Source: Pocillopora damicornis (Eukaryota). Taken from it: a stretch of 64,000 nt of DNA. The position numbers and the translations under genes are program-made. The stretch is taken from the NCBI RefSeq assembly GCF_003704095.1, contig NW_020843935.1, forward strand, positions 62,001 to 126,000, in the 5' to 3' direction. The notes under the pieces were generated by a model. That model was not told the origin of the DNA and did no database searches. It was given only the letters and a program-made list of their open reading frames with translations. Below are positions 24,298-37,400 of this stretch, piece after piece; position 1 is the first letter of the stretch, and every line of letters starts with the position of its first letter.

Positions 24298-25743
24298 NNN
24301 NNNNNNNNNNNNNNNNNNNNNNNNNNNNNNNNNNNNNNNNNNNNNNNNNNNNNNNNNNNNNNNNNNNNNNNNNNNNNNNNNNNNNNNNNNNNNNNNNTGC
24401 CCGTAACCTCCCCTTTGTAAGCCTTTTTTAAGCAAACAACCTACAATATTCAGATGGTGATAACTGGTGAGTACCCTCTGTTTGACATATTGTGCCCCTC
24501 CCCCCCTCTTAGGAACGCAACACATTAACCCGACCAGGGCTCAAAACCTAACCTTTCGGCCCCAAATTCATAGTGCTAGTCACCAGGTCACCGTCTTTTT
24601 CACGAAAAATAAGAAAATTATTGATATTTGTTTTTACAGTGGGCGTGGGTAACTGTCATTAGGTTGTTATCTAAACTCAGGAGCTTACAAGAGTACTCTG
24701 AGTGAACTATCCTATGGACTCTTCCTTTTGACTGGAAGCTTTATAGTTTTTTTGAAATATTCTTTAAAAAGGCACCTTTCGGCACTGGTCATATTTGAGC
24801 ATAATTGGGTAATAGTGTTGTCGGTGCGTTACGCTATGTATATTCGAAAATATCGGTATTGAAAAAAGTTCACTTTCATTTCAATTTACAAAAAAATTTA
24901 CCGTAAAATCCATACCCAATCGAAGAAATTCGTGGAAGTCCTTTGTATTTTGAAACCGAGATAGTTGTGGTTGAACATCCATTTCTAATTCCTAAAATGT
25001 ATTAGAATCGACCAGACAGGTGCTTCATTTCAAAACCTCGCTTAGAGAGAAAATACAGTTCTCCGGCTTCACTAAACATAGGTAATGTTTTATCACATAG
25101 AGACAAGCTTTAGGCGCTACTTACGAAACAAGCTCTAAATAGACACTTAAACGTTTAAACAAACAATTGCAAACCACCGTTTAATTTTACTGAAGTGCCG
25201 AGGACTAATTAATTAAGCTTACGGCACACACTCACCTACACTCGAACTGTAAAAATGTTAAATCACGTCTTCCCTACAATCCTGCTGAAATAGTCTCGCT
25301 TCGTATTGGGAAAAAGTGTTGAGGAAAATTTTACGTACTTTTCAGATTTTTTCTGCAACACACTTACTGGTCAACATGTCAATGAAAACGAATTTTAAAC
25401 TTTTTTTACCTTACAAAACGTTAGTCCTGTGACCACCTTACGGGTACGTTCAGCTTTATGGTTTCCTCAGATTTTTTTGGTACTACCTGAATATAAAGTA
25501 GGCCTAATTGTCTTGGGACTGCTGCATCTTCAAATTCTGTTGTCCATTTAACGTGCATGTTGAACGCAGCGTAAGCAACGGCACAATTAGATATACACAA
25601 ACCCTTTACATCTCTTGTTTTTACGTTGCAAGATGGCAAAATTTGAAGCAGCACATTTACGAATCTATACAAAAGAATATGGTTGAATTTGTATTTACAA
25701 AATGTATTTTTTACTTATCTCACAGGTTGCTTGAAGTTACGAA

Positions 25744-28700
25744 CTATTCAAGACATCTCTGGCAAATTAAACAGGCTCTAGAGTAACAAGGGTGAACAAC
25801 ACGCCTCCAGAATGTGCGAAACATTGCGTAATATTTTATCATGTCCTTTCCTTCCCATTGATTGATCATACGATGTAGTTTTTCGTACTTATAGTCGGGA
25901 GAGTGTGCATATAAAAGAGGAACAAATGAACGAACATTATAATGCTCGTCATCATCATACCGACCATCGCTATCGGCCTTGTGATGTCTGTGGCGAGACC
26001 CTTTATGTTGTCTTTTACCTGGACGTGTGTTTTGACTAGCAACTTTTCTTGCCGCCTTTATCAGGGCATTAGCTAAAGCCTTTCCAACTGTATTCACAGA
26101 ATACTCATTTCTACTTGCGTTGGACCTTGAAGCCCGAGGGGGAGCGTCTTGTCTCGTCACAGTGGGAACCACTTGATATAGCGGCACTGGAGGACCGGAA
26201 CGTTGTGGTGGGTTTGGTGGCGGTGGTAACGAAGAGGCGGGAGGTGCAGGGGCAGGAGCAGGGTTGGGGATCTGCCGCATGCTAGGTTGAGCCTGTGACA
26301 GTGCTTGCGACAACGCTTGCACTAATCTATCATTACTGATTGGTTGAATACCTTGCTGCATGTTTTGTGCCAAGGCTTGTACAAGAGCAGCTGTTAAAAG
26401 GTCTGGCGGCTGGTTTCGCGCCTGAGCTTGAGTTGCAGCGAGAGCCAAGGCAGATGCAAGGGCATTCGGCTGAGACTGGGTCATGGAAGAGCGAATGGCA
26501 TTGGCAAACATTCCGGTTAAACCATTATACAGAAGGGGATCATAGCCTGTTTGGCCAATAGAGGAGAGGACATTAGGGAACTGTTGGATACCAGGTAGCG
26601 AAAGAGGGGAGGGATACATGAGTGATGAAGGGTATTGTAATTGTTGGTTGAGTGGGGAAGCGTACGAAGGCAAAGGTAAGCCTAAAGATTGCATTAATGG
26701 TGACTGCAAACTGCCCATGCCTCCGGGATATAAAGACCCTCCCTGTGTCATAAGCCTATTGTTTAAGAGAAGAGGAGAAACTGGATTTAACGAAGGTAGT
26801 CCCATAACAGGGTTGGACATTAACATGTTATTTAGTCCTCCCATTGGTGCCGCAGGTGCTGACGAGGACACCGTTATTGCTGCCGGCGGTGATGCGGCTA
26901 TAGTCACTTGTCCAGGTGGAGCAGCAAAATTTTGTGACGAAGGTGTGGCAATAACGGTTCTGGGTGGCGAAGCTTCAGCCAAATACACTGCAGGGGTGTA
27001 AACGGGGGCTGGAGGTGATTGCACCATTGGTTGTTGATACATTATAGGAGCCGGTGGTGGTGCAGGAACAATTACGGGAGCTGGAGCTGGAGCCGGTTGA
27101 GGCTCTGGTGGAGATGCAATTATGTATTGTGGTGGGGGAGCTGGCACTGGGGGTGGAGGAGCAATAATGTATTGTGGTTGTGGCGGCGGTGAAGGTGCAG
27201 GTGCGAGGGCATACTGGGGTTGAGATTGTGCTTGAGCAGGTTGTGCCATTACTATTTGAGGTTGTTGACCGGCTGGTGACGCTTCCGAGGCGGCAGGCAT
27301 TTGTGCAATGATTATTTGGGGAGAAGGCTGTGGGGTAGATTCTGCGGGAGCGGGCAAGGTTTGAGCATAAATCACGCGTGGTGTTGGTGACATCGGTACA
27401 TTTTCATGTTGTTCAGCCTCAGCCGTTTCGCCGTTATCCCCAATCTCTAGATTTAGATTGATGTTGGCAGGAACTGGTGGTGTCCCTCTTTTAAGTAAAG
27501 GGTTTTCAGACTGGATGTCTATGATTTGTGGCCGTGCAGGCGGCGGTGGGATAGGTCGTGGGGTTGGTGGCGCGGGCTGCGGTGTCGGAGGAGTGGTTGG
27601 TGGGGTTGTTGGCAGAGGGGTTGTTATCGGGGGTAGGGTAGTTGGAGTTGTTAACGGTGTCGTGAGCGTCGTGGGTGTTGTTGTGGGTGTAGTAGGCGTT
27701 GTTGGTGTCGTAGGCGTTGTAGGTGTCGTGGTAGGTATCTTCTTTGCCGTTGGTGCCGCAGTTTCAGCTTCCTCGTCCAGTTTGAAAGCCTCATCTTTAG
27801 TGTTTATTGTGTTATCAGGTGGCAAAACAATGAAAGGCTCATCGTCTACCACTGGTTCATTGTTGGAAATCTGTTTTTTATACAAGTTTGGGTCGTACCA
27901 AGGATGTAGGCCTAGGAAATGTCCCCAATAGGGCTTTCTCGCTGATGGTAGGTAAGTTCTTTTCCAAGTGAAATCTTTTAGTAGAAAAAAAAACAAAACA
28001 AAAATTAGTTGTGATTACTTTTGGTTCCTATGGCCTGAGATGAGCTAGGGTATTGCTTGTTATCCAATCGAGGATAGCCCATCAGCCTCCGGTCTTTTTG
28101 ACAGGTGTCCTTAACGTTACTCACCCGGTTGGACAGAAGCAGCATCATGTACCTCCGCCCTAAACATAAAAATACTGTGACACAAAGAATTTTTATACAT
28201 TGCAGTACAGACGGTATACCTTAAATTGGCTATAGCGGTCTGAATTTTACCTTATCGGCCTTATAAATGCGAATTTTCTGGTTCTGACACAATAATATGG
28301 CGTCGATTAGTCGGATTGTTCATGTCGACAATAGTGTATCAGGTGAAACATACATAGACTGGCCCCGTGAGTAGCATAAGACAATTTTTTTTAAATTAGA
28401 AACGAATATAATCGTCTTTGTGTGACCTCGATCGGTTTACGTGTAACATGAATATGTTGGTCACATGTGATTAAAAATGTAATTCCTTGATTATATGCAC
28501 CTTACCATTGGATCTTCTTGGCTTTGTTTCACCAGTGTGCAAGGAAGCAATTAGATTCCTTTTGTGATTTAAAACTGTCGTAATGAAATAGCCATTTGTA
28601 TCTTTCATGGGTCTGACATTTTCATTGTCTATGGCTCTTTTGACTTGCGGGTCACCATCTCCGTGTGAAGCTCCGGCCCACTTGTCGGTTCTCCGTTTTA

Positions 28701-28833
28701 AAGTGATTGTCTTTAGGTGTGCGGTCTTCCTGTTATGAAAAGCAGTTCCTTCATGTATCGTTACCATGAAGATGAAAATAGAGACACATAGCATCACAAA
28801 CTCTCTCACATGGAGGGCATATAAACGTTTCAT
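25744..28833 (-). CDS. Gene A: secreted Pro/Thr/Gln-rich orphan protein (852 aa) with mucin-like TTP tract and C-terminal Cys cluster
   Basis: complement(join(25744..27974,28506..28833)) with a phase-1 intron (AATG|GTAAGG ... CTACTAAAAG|AT). Signal-like segment FVMLCVSIFIFMVTIHEGTA, basic propeptide with KR/RR, and C-terminus HPCYSRACLICQRCLE*. Confidence 0.85.
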
Positions 28834-29888
28834 GTTGCCCCCGGCGAATTCTTGGCCCTTTTCGCAATCATTTCGTCCCAAATAAGGCAAACAACATCCT
28901 CACCACAGGTCCTTGATATTTAAGATATACAGAGAAGCAAAATATCTATCTTAAAACGATAAACATCACTGGACTGTCACTAATTTTCCCATCGGAGTCT
29001 TGTTTTACTTAGAGTACATAATTAACCAACTTTTCGTTTAAATATTTATGCCTCGAAGCAGAAAACTAGTGTTTGAAAGACTAGCAGGTTTAATCAGGTG
29101 CTAAGTTACCATACGCGCAGGATTTTTTATCCAAAAACGCTAACTTTAGAGGTTATTGTAAATGCAGTTTTTTCGCGGAAATAGGTACCTTGATAACAAT
29201 GATAACTTCACTTTTGAGATCGTATTTAACTTAGGTAAAGACATGCTAACTTATCATCATAACTCAAAAAGTTGAGTCGACTTTCCCGATCGTGAGTTAT
29301 AGGGAATAAAAAAAAAAAACTCCTCTTACAGGTTGAATCATCAGCCTCCCTCCAGGTTCGCCAACGGGCTTTAAAACGCCTTCTCCGTATTGTTATAATA
29401 ACGGAAAAAAGGTGTAATTAAACGAGCCTAATTAAGCTACCCAGTGTGATATTATTGTTCGTATTTGGTATGTAAGCATGCAGACAAAAGGAATTGTTAA
29501 CTTTTATTTAAGTAAATATTTGTTCGATTCTTGGAGTCCTGGGTAACACATTCACCCTATTAAGAGAATTCCGAAGCTCCTAGTTGACAGTTTTATGAAC
29601 AAAAGCTTAACTACATAAAGTATTACTAATAGCGCGGGGTAATCAAATCGTAAACGACCAAAACTCTCACAGTGATTTTATCGCCCAGGAGATGAAAACC
29701 TAAAATTGCAGGAGGGAAGTTCAAATGGTTAATTCGGTCACACCTGCCCAATCCGGACAATAAAGCGACCAGCATGGAAACGGGTGGTGCTGAATATTAA
29801 ATTTCGCCGTTCTTCTATGTAGAAGTAACCACAAACAAGATACTCTTTCTTTCTTTCTTATTCGTTTAAGTCTCAATATATTTAGGCG

Positions 29889-32512
29889 ATGAGATTTGCC
29901 TTGTTTTGCGTGTCCATACATTTGCTTTTTCTGGGTCATGTGATAGCAAGGGCAGCACAATCAGTGAGACTTCAAAGCCGCCGATTTAAGTCCTCACATC
30001 GAATTCATTCAAGGTTATACAGTCATGGAAAGAATCAAATTGACAAGAACAACAAGCATGGTATGTAAGGCGATGTAAAAGTTAACAATAATACATTCGT
30101 ATGTTTAGTCAGTGACATCATGAACTATTGAGTGTATTTTTATTGTTTTTGAACTTAAGAATAAATAAATCTTATACTAAAAGACAGCTCACTCTTGACA
30201 AGAGTCTGCATTCCGTTAGGTAGTGATCTCAAGACGATATTTCTATTTTTGCACTCCAAATGTGATTTGCCTTTATAAGCATGACTGTTAAGAATAACTG
30301 CGACTGATAATCGCAGAGTTTCTTTTTTTTTTTTTTTTAATTTTAGATGACCTCGTTACACCAACATTGTCTTTTGTTTTTTTTACTTAAAAAAAGGGGT
30401 CCATATTGTTATTCTGATCCAAAAAGAGCCGTCATTATCCTTTCATTATTAATTCCCCTGTGGTTCCAAACCACTGGCAAAGATAGGTTTGAAATACATT
30501 GAACTTAGTTAAACTTCTTTCCCACCTGTATAAATTTCTTTAAAATTTCATTTGTGTCCTCAGGATTAAAAAGAATCTCTCCTTTGAGGCGACAGTGCTA
30601 ATCACATGTTTTTAAGACCGACCTATTATACATGGCTTGAGATAAGCTGACTTATCCCTTTTTTTTTACAGGGCCAGGAAGTGTACCAATGAATGTGAGG
30701 CATAGACATCTTTTTCATTCGATATTTAAGCACCGTAAAAAGTTCTTAAATGCTAAAGGTTCCCCAAAAGAAGTGATCGTCAGGGTGAATGGACAAAATG
30801 TTTATTCCAGCAAAGCTCAAGGATCAAACTTCTCCATCAATGCTAGCGTACCAACGACTTCTCCTCCTCCTCCTCCCTCGCCTCAAACACACAATATCAA
30901 CCTCCACATTAACCTTACTAGACCAGTAAGCCCCCCTGGGAGACCAAGTGACCAGCCGATTATTATAGCTCCCCCACCAAGGCCACAGCCAGTTGTAGCT
31001 ATAGTTCCTCCGATGGCATCACAACCTGCGCCAGTACAAGTTCAACCCATGGTGGTTCCTCAAGTACAACCTCAAGTACTACCACTTCCTGCTCCCACCA
31101 CTGCACCAGCGCCCCCTGAAAAGAAGGGCCAATCAAGTCTCAGTAAAATATTACTTACGGCTGCTTTGTTGAAGACTCTATCGGGAGGAGACTCTTCTGA
31201 AAGCGCAACACAAGGATTTCCATCATTGATGCAAAACCCACTTGCCTCTAATGGCTATTCTCTTAATTCTCTGCTCCCGGGTACTTCAGGTGTTGCTGCT
31301 TTGCCATCAATAGGGAATCTTCCTCTGGGCTATCCTCAGATTGCGACTCAGCCCGTCGGAAATCCCTCACTGGGATATCCTCAAGGTAATCTCCCAGTAT
31401 TAGGATACCCAGCGCAAACTGTTCCACAAACAGGGTCACAAGCCTTGGGATATCCAGCAACGTCAGGCGTCCTAGGAGGCCTTAATGCGGCAAAACCTGG
31501 CGTCATGGGATATCCAGCCATTGGCACAAACATGGGATATCCAGCCATTGGCACAAACATGGGATATCCAGCCGTTGGCACAAACATGGGATATCCAGCC
31601 GTTGGCACAAACATGGGATATCCAGCCGTTGGCACAAACATGGGATATCCATCCACGGGAAATCCAGGCATGGGATATCCCGCTGTAGGGAATCCAAGCT
31701 TGGGATATCCTGCCGTTGGGAACCCTAATGTGGGAAATCCTGTTGTAGGAAACCCATATTTGGGCTACCCTGCAAGGGGTGTCCTGCCGGGCGGTGTAAA
31801 CCAGAACGTAAGGTATCCTGCCAATTGGAATCCAAATAACAGGTATTTAGACGGCAATAAGCAAAACAGTAGAGATCCTATTAGTGGGAATCAAAACTTG
31901 GGCTACCCGGGAGGAGCTAATCAAAACGTAGGGAATCCATCCGGAACCACCCAGAACTTGGGTTTTCCTGCTGCTGCGAGCCAAAATATGGATGCTGAAG
32001 CAACGATACCAAACTTTCTGAGTGGGCTAGCTCCTGAACCTTCTGCTAGCCCTCTTGAGGCTAACAATCCACCATTACCTGGTCCATCACCTGGTGTACA
32101 ATCAAATGCACCAACCGCTACTGTGCCTCCTCCAGTATCTTATAATGCCCTATTGCCTGCGAATGCGTCGCCTGTTGGTACCGCTGGTGGGAACCCTAAC
32201 CTTGCTCAAGGTCAGGGCCAGACTGACACTTCAGAAACACCCGTTGTGCAGCCTAATGTAGGAGTAGCAGGGACACCTGGAGTAGTGACAGGTCTCTCTC
32301 AAGCTCAAGGACAGGGCACTGGCACAGTTCTGCCTGCAACAACATCAGCAGGTGTTCCAGGATTTGATCCCAGTTTGTGTTGGTGTGGTTGCGAGCCGAC
32401 GTGTGCTAATCCGTGTGACCTGTGCAATAGTAGCAGAGAGAATAGTTATGGCAACATTTTAAATCAGTACAATACTGGCTCAATAAATCCTTCCAATGGA
32501 CGGAAGAAATAA
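29889..32512 (+). CDS. Gene B: secreted Pro-rich/GYP-repeat protein with 6-Cys module (670 aa)
   Basis: join(29889..30060,30672..32512). Exon 1 is not in the ORF track and encodes MRFALFCVSIHLLFLGHVIARAAQSVRLQSRRFKSSHR...NKH. A phase-1 intron (G|GTATGT...TTTACAG) joins it in frame to the 607-aa ORF. Confidence 0.88.
31505..31650 (+). repeat. Coding 27-nt tandem repeat, (MGYPA[IV]GTN)x5 plus partial, in gene B
   Basis: Near-identical ATGGGATATCCAGCC[AG]TTGGCACAAAC units. Confidence 0.95.
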
Positions 32513-34428
32513 TCGTTCGTAATCAGCAGAGGCTTCCTCGCAATTTTTGTAAGAGAGTTAGAGAGAGGTCTTCGTTTTCTTATATTGTATTATTCTTCAT
32601 TGTCAGCAAGGCTGAAATGATAAGTAGTGCAGACCTGAACATGAAAGTGTATTGTTAATCTCACTGGTATTTCTGAAAATTGACTTAATATATTGGTATG
32701 CAGTATGTATTGGTGCTTGGTTAGTAGCTCGAAGTTAAATTGTCTTTGAGAGAAAAAGACCAGATTGGCGCCAGATTTCCTCTCATGAAAGGTGGAAATA
32801 AACAGTAGCTCAGAAAATTTTATTCCATTTTACGACAGCTATGAGGTTTTAAAATGGCTAGGATAAAATTGAATCAATGTACGATTCAACTTAGTGTAGT
32901 TTGAGGGTCCCCTATCAGAGTAGACTGCTCTTGTGGTTACTGACGTTTGAAAAGCTTGTTACTTAGCAACTCACCTTCCCACTTACTTAGTCAGAGAACG
33001 AAGTGAGCCGTGCTTAATGGGATGGCAAAATATATCACGTCGGGCTAAGATGATGGGTCGTCATTGGCACCTTTCAAGTTTCTTCGTTCACAGACTTTGG
33101 TGCTAGATAATTCTTTTGCATAGATACATTTTAAACAATTTGTATTAAAAAGGCTTTTTTATTCAACGTTCATGTTGTTCTGTGATAATTGTCCTTGTAC
33201 ATTCTGTTACAACAATTATCGTCGATAACAATGACAAAAGTCTCGATAACTTGAGCTGCAATTGTTATCGAAGTCAATGATGACTTCCGTTCCGGTTGGT
33301 AAATGTCACTCACCGGTACTGGTATGGGGTGATGGCTCTTACAACAAACGATCAGCATGTTTCCATTGTTATCACCAGAATTATTTTTACGGTTAATTTT
33401 ATTCACCACTAATGATTATAATTTGTCAATTTTTACGACGAAGGCTAACGTTAACCCCATTGATACCCCTGTTACCGAAATTAGTCCCCCTCAGAACTAG
33501 CCTCGCCCTGAAGATCATATGATGCACTAGACTGTTGCTCCCACCCTCAGAATACTTAATAGGTTTGAACTGCACTGCACGAAAGCGCTTGAACCTGCCC
33601 TGGGCAGAGGCTTTTCATTCACTAGACTTTTGCAATTCCATAAAATATTTTTTAATGAATCAGCAATTACTTTCCTTCGCAAAATGCTTGTGAATGGTTT
33701 CCTCCAACTAATTTGAAAAGCTTTCAAAATAACAGTCAGTTAAGTGTATTGTCAAGACATCAGAACTATTCTTGAAGTAATCAATTCTAATCTACATCTT
33801 TTCCTTAATTTGCATTTCTTGCCACGCAAGTAGCTCAGGATATTTCAGACAAAGATGAAGTAATTCTAGAAGCGGTCAAATGCTATGACGAATTGATTGC
33901 ATGCACGGGAAGAACTAATTTGTAGATGATCTTATGGACTCAGGTCATTTTTATGGTCATTGATTTGTACTGATTTTTTTGTTCAATTTCCTCCTTTCTT
34001 GTTGAACAAATGAGCATTGTCGAAGCGCCTGTAACAATCAATGGGCAATTCATTACCCTGCTTTCTTTTCATAGTCGTAAGAGGAAGTGGGATTCCATAA
34101 CAATGGAAGTTTTGGTTTAAGAAACTTCCATCACGACTCATCTAACGTCTTAAAGAACCCCAAGCTGAATCCACCAGTTTAAGTTATAAACTTTATTTTA
34201 TGAGTCACGAGAGAAAGGGAGATTACTTGTAAGCAGTCAAACTAATCCTCCCATATCTAAAAAAAATGAAGAAAGGATCACTCAAGAACAATGCAAAACC
34301 AGTTTTGTCGACTGGTGTTTATAAATATTTGATTCATGGCGTTCGAGTTAAACGGGGCATTTACAGCACTTTAGTGCTAGGTAATAAAACATGGAAAGAA
34401 ATAAGGTTTGTGACCCATAACTCATAGT

Positions 34429-37400
34429 ATGAAAATCAAGGGAGAGGTTCTTCTGCTATGGCAAGTTCTGTGTGTACATTGGGTGATCACTCTGGCTGGA
34501 CATCATAGAAAAAACGGCCAAAGGTCACGAACAGAATCTGACGTGAAGGATAGAAGACACAAATTAAACAACTACTTTCTCCAAAGGAGGATAAATGGTA
34601 AGAGTTGAGTGGAAATGTTATCATGAACTATCTTTTTTTCTGTTAGTTGAAGTGTAACGGGAGTGGATATAGGATCTGAGCGAGACAAGGATGACCTAAC
34701 ACAAAGTATTAGGAAACTTAATCTTCCCATCCTTTACTTGACAATGAAATTGAACCGTGAAGCGCACGATCTGTAGAGACAGTATTTATTACATATATAC
34801 AATTAGAGGCTGGAAAAATAACAGACGGTGATTGAAGGTAGAATCGACCCTGTCGAATGTGATATTATCCGTGAAGTGTTAATTTGGCCCAGCCGTGGTT
34901 GACGTGACAAAAAGTTGCCGAAAAATGAAAACAGATCATACGAAAACGCTGTTTGTATAAATTTTTCAGGATGTTTTGACTTTGTGTGAGATGAAGTGAA
35001 AAATGGTCGTTTCCTGTTGATGAGGTATCGGGTTTCAATATCAGTAACAAAATCAATGTTTGCACAAATTTGGTTGCAACTTCAATTCAGATATGCCTTT
35101 TGTATCGAAATGACGGCTGAAATCTGCTGCAGCGCATGCTGTTACACTGCGCTTTAACGTGATTTGATATTAAAACGCTCGACCTTTAAACTTAAAAGAG
35201 ACAGTCATATGAACTACATGCCACCAATCAACCTGACTTTAAGATCATACTAAGGATGAAAAATGTATTCATTTATTATTTCATACAATTCATTGGTACA
35301 TTAATTGAAATTCAAAAAGAGTGCTCACGATATAAATAAGAGGAAATATGTTAGATTACAAGTAGCATAGTACAAGTTCGAAAACTGCCTTCAAATGAGA
35401 AAAAAAAGTAGACGGAGATCGTAGTTTTAAAAATGACTCAGCAACCTGACTGGACACGTGAAACGAACGTGTAATTAACGAGCATCCGCTAGGAAAGCCT
35501 TCGAATAGAAAAAAAATAATTTGAATCATATGTGCATTGTTTGTAGCTTCCAGTAGTTTAAAATAGATCGCGATGAGATTGAAAAGAAGGCTGCGGGATT
35601 TCGTTATGTCAGGGTAGAAAGATTGAACATGGAATCGTCTTTGGTCCAATAATTTTCTTAGAGTTGAAAATTAAGTAATGATTTCAAGATAATTTTCAAA
35701 GGATGATATAAGAATCATTTGGCTTTCGGATCTTTTACTTCTGCCATAAAATGCGTGGATTAGTGACTTTCCGAATGACCAGGATTGTATTTTCAATCAT
35801 TTATAAGAATGAACTAAGGTACCTCCTAATATGAGTAGTGCTCAAGTGTATTGTGGAGTTTTTGCATCAAGTGATCTAACACTTGGGGGATGACCATGGA
35901 AACTCTTTAGATCATTATAGAACACTACTCTGAACTACAATCGTGTGGTCCCTTTTATTCGTGGTAGTCTGAGAAAATGCAAAGGACAATCGAGTATAAA
36001 CTTTCAAAATGTAGTGGTGCATGGTTTTTTTCCTCTCTACATCAATTTGGTGCATCCAACCCCGCATTTATAATCTTCTCAATTAGTAAAGAATTTTGCA
36101 TCAAGGCTGTGAAGTGTCGCTCGGAGTGATTCAAAACCTATATCAATTGTTTGTCAAAAATGACTAAATAAATATATGTATTGATGTTACCATTTTACTA
36201 CCAGAAAACAGTAAGAATTGTGGTTCAGGAAATTGAGCTGGAGAGTGTAAGGGTAAGATAGAATTAGGACTAGAGCCACGTGTTTCAGAGCAACATTTTA
36301 CACCGAGAACATGTGCAGTAAAGGTGAAAGAATTCTAACTCAAATCCTTCTATTTTAGGATCTCTTCACCATCCACTTAATCATCTAGGATCTATCAGGC
36401 GATCTTTTATCGGGCGTAAGGTACACATTAAGGGTGCACCAAAAGGTGTTATCGTGACCATAAATGGGCAAAGAGTTGACCCAAATACTGGCAGCACAAT
36501 ATTACCCATACAGCCACCTCAGCCAGCACCCCAGCCAGTACCACTACCAGGTCGGAATGTTCCCATTAATGTTCATGTTCACGTAAATAAAAAATACAAC
36601 GATGCCAACATCATTGGTCAACGTAAGCAACCCATTATAATCACTGCACCCAATCCTTATCGAGCTGTGAGACCAATTGTGATTCCGATGCCAGCACAAG
36701 TGCCAGCTCCACAGCCCCTTATATTACCTGCTCCATTACCTCCTCCTCCGCCTCCGGCTGTCCTTCCAGCGCCTGTTCCATTACCTTTACCAGCACCTCT
36801 ACCACCACCAGTTGCCATTCCAGTTCCAGCTCCAGCTCCAGCTCCACCTCCAGATAAAGAAGACTCAAACTTTGCAGAAATTCTTCAAACAGCTGCATTG
36901 CTTAACACTCTAAACAAAAAAGAGGAAAGTCGCCCAAAAGTTATACCAGTTGTTCAGCCTGTAATTACTCCAATGGCTTATCAGCCTGGCAGAAATCCAG
37001 CGCAGGGATATCCAGCGCATGGAAATCCGAATCAAGGATATCCGCCGGATGAAAATCCAAATCAGGGATATCCAGCAGGTGAAAATCCAAATCAGGGATA
37101 TCCGGCTGGTGAAAATCCAAATCAGGGATATCCAGCAGGTGAAAATCATAACCAGGGATATCCAGCCGGTGGTGGGAATCAAAATCAAGGATATCCAGCA
37201 GGTGGAAGCCAAAACCAAGCCACAACAGGAAAAGCTCCAGTAGGAGGTACAAATATTCTTTCTGGACTATCAGGAATCCTGCCTTTGTTGCTTCCCTTCA
37301 ATTGTAGATGTGGATGCGAAAGAAGGTGCCCGGACCTTTGCAACCTTTGCAAAGACGTCGACGAGGAAATAATTGACACATTAGACTGTTGTAAGTCAAT

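Noticed and set aside
23690-24525. Long ORFs spanning N runs (also 51988-52289 and 55374-56349)
   Set aside because: Artefacts of translating gaps; only the flanking PLE and exon fragments are real
26618-27931. Plus-strand Gly/Val-rich ORFs; similar antisense ORFs at 31381-31697, 36910-38246 and 39262-39678
   Set aside because: Shadows of Pro/Thr-, GYP- and Asp-rich coding repeats on the opposite strand
28251-28290. Possible extra micro-exon in the gene A intron
   Set aside because: In-frame stop with either candidate acceptor
29000-29450. TAATTAA homeodomain/POU-like sites in the A/B spacer
   Set aside because: Expected by chance in AT-rich DNA and cannot be supported without conservation data
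31505-31650. CRISPR-like regular repeats
   Set aside because: No unique spacers, in-frame coding repeats, eukaryotic context and no cas genes
33200-33330. Possible third hammerhead (GATGACTTCCGTTCCGGTTGG...)
   Set aside because: Looks like a decayed PLE-type repeat; the CUGANGA and GAAA core boxes are lost
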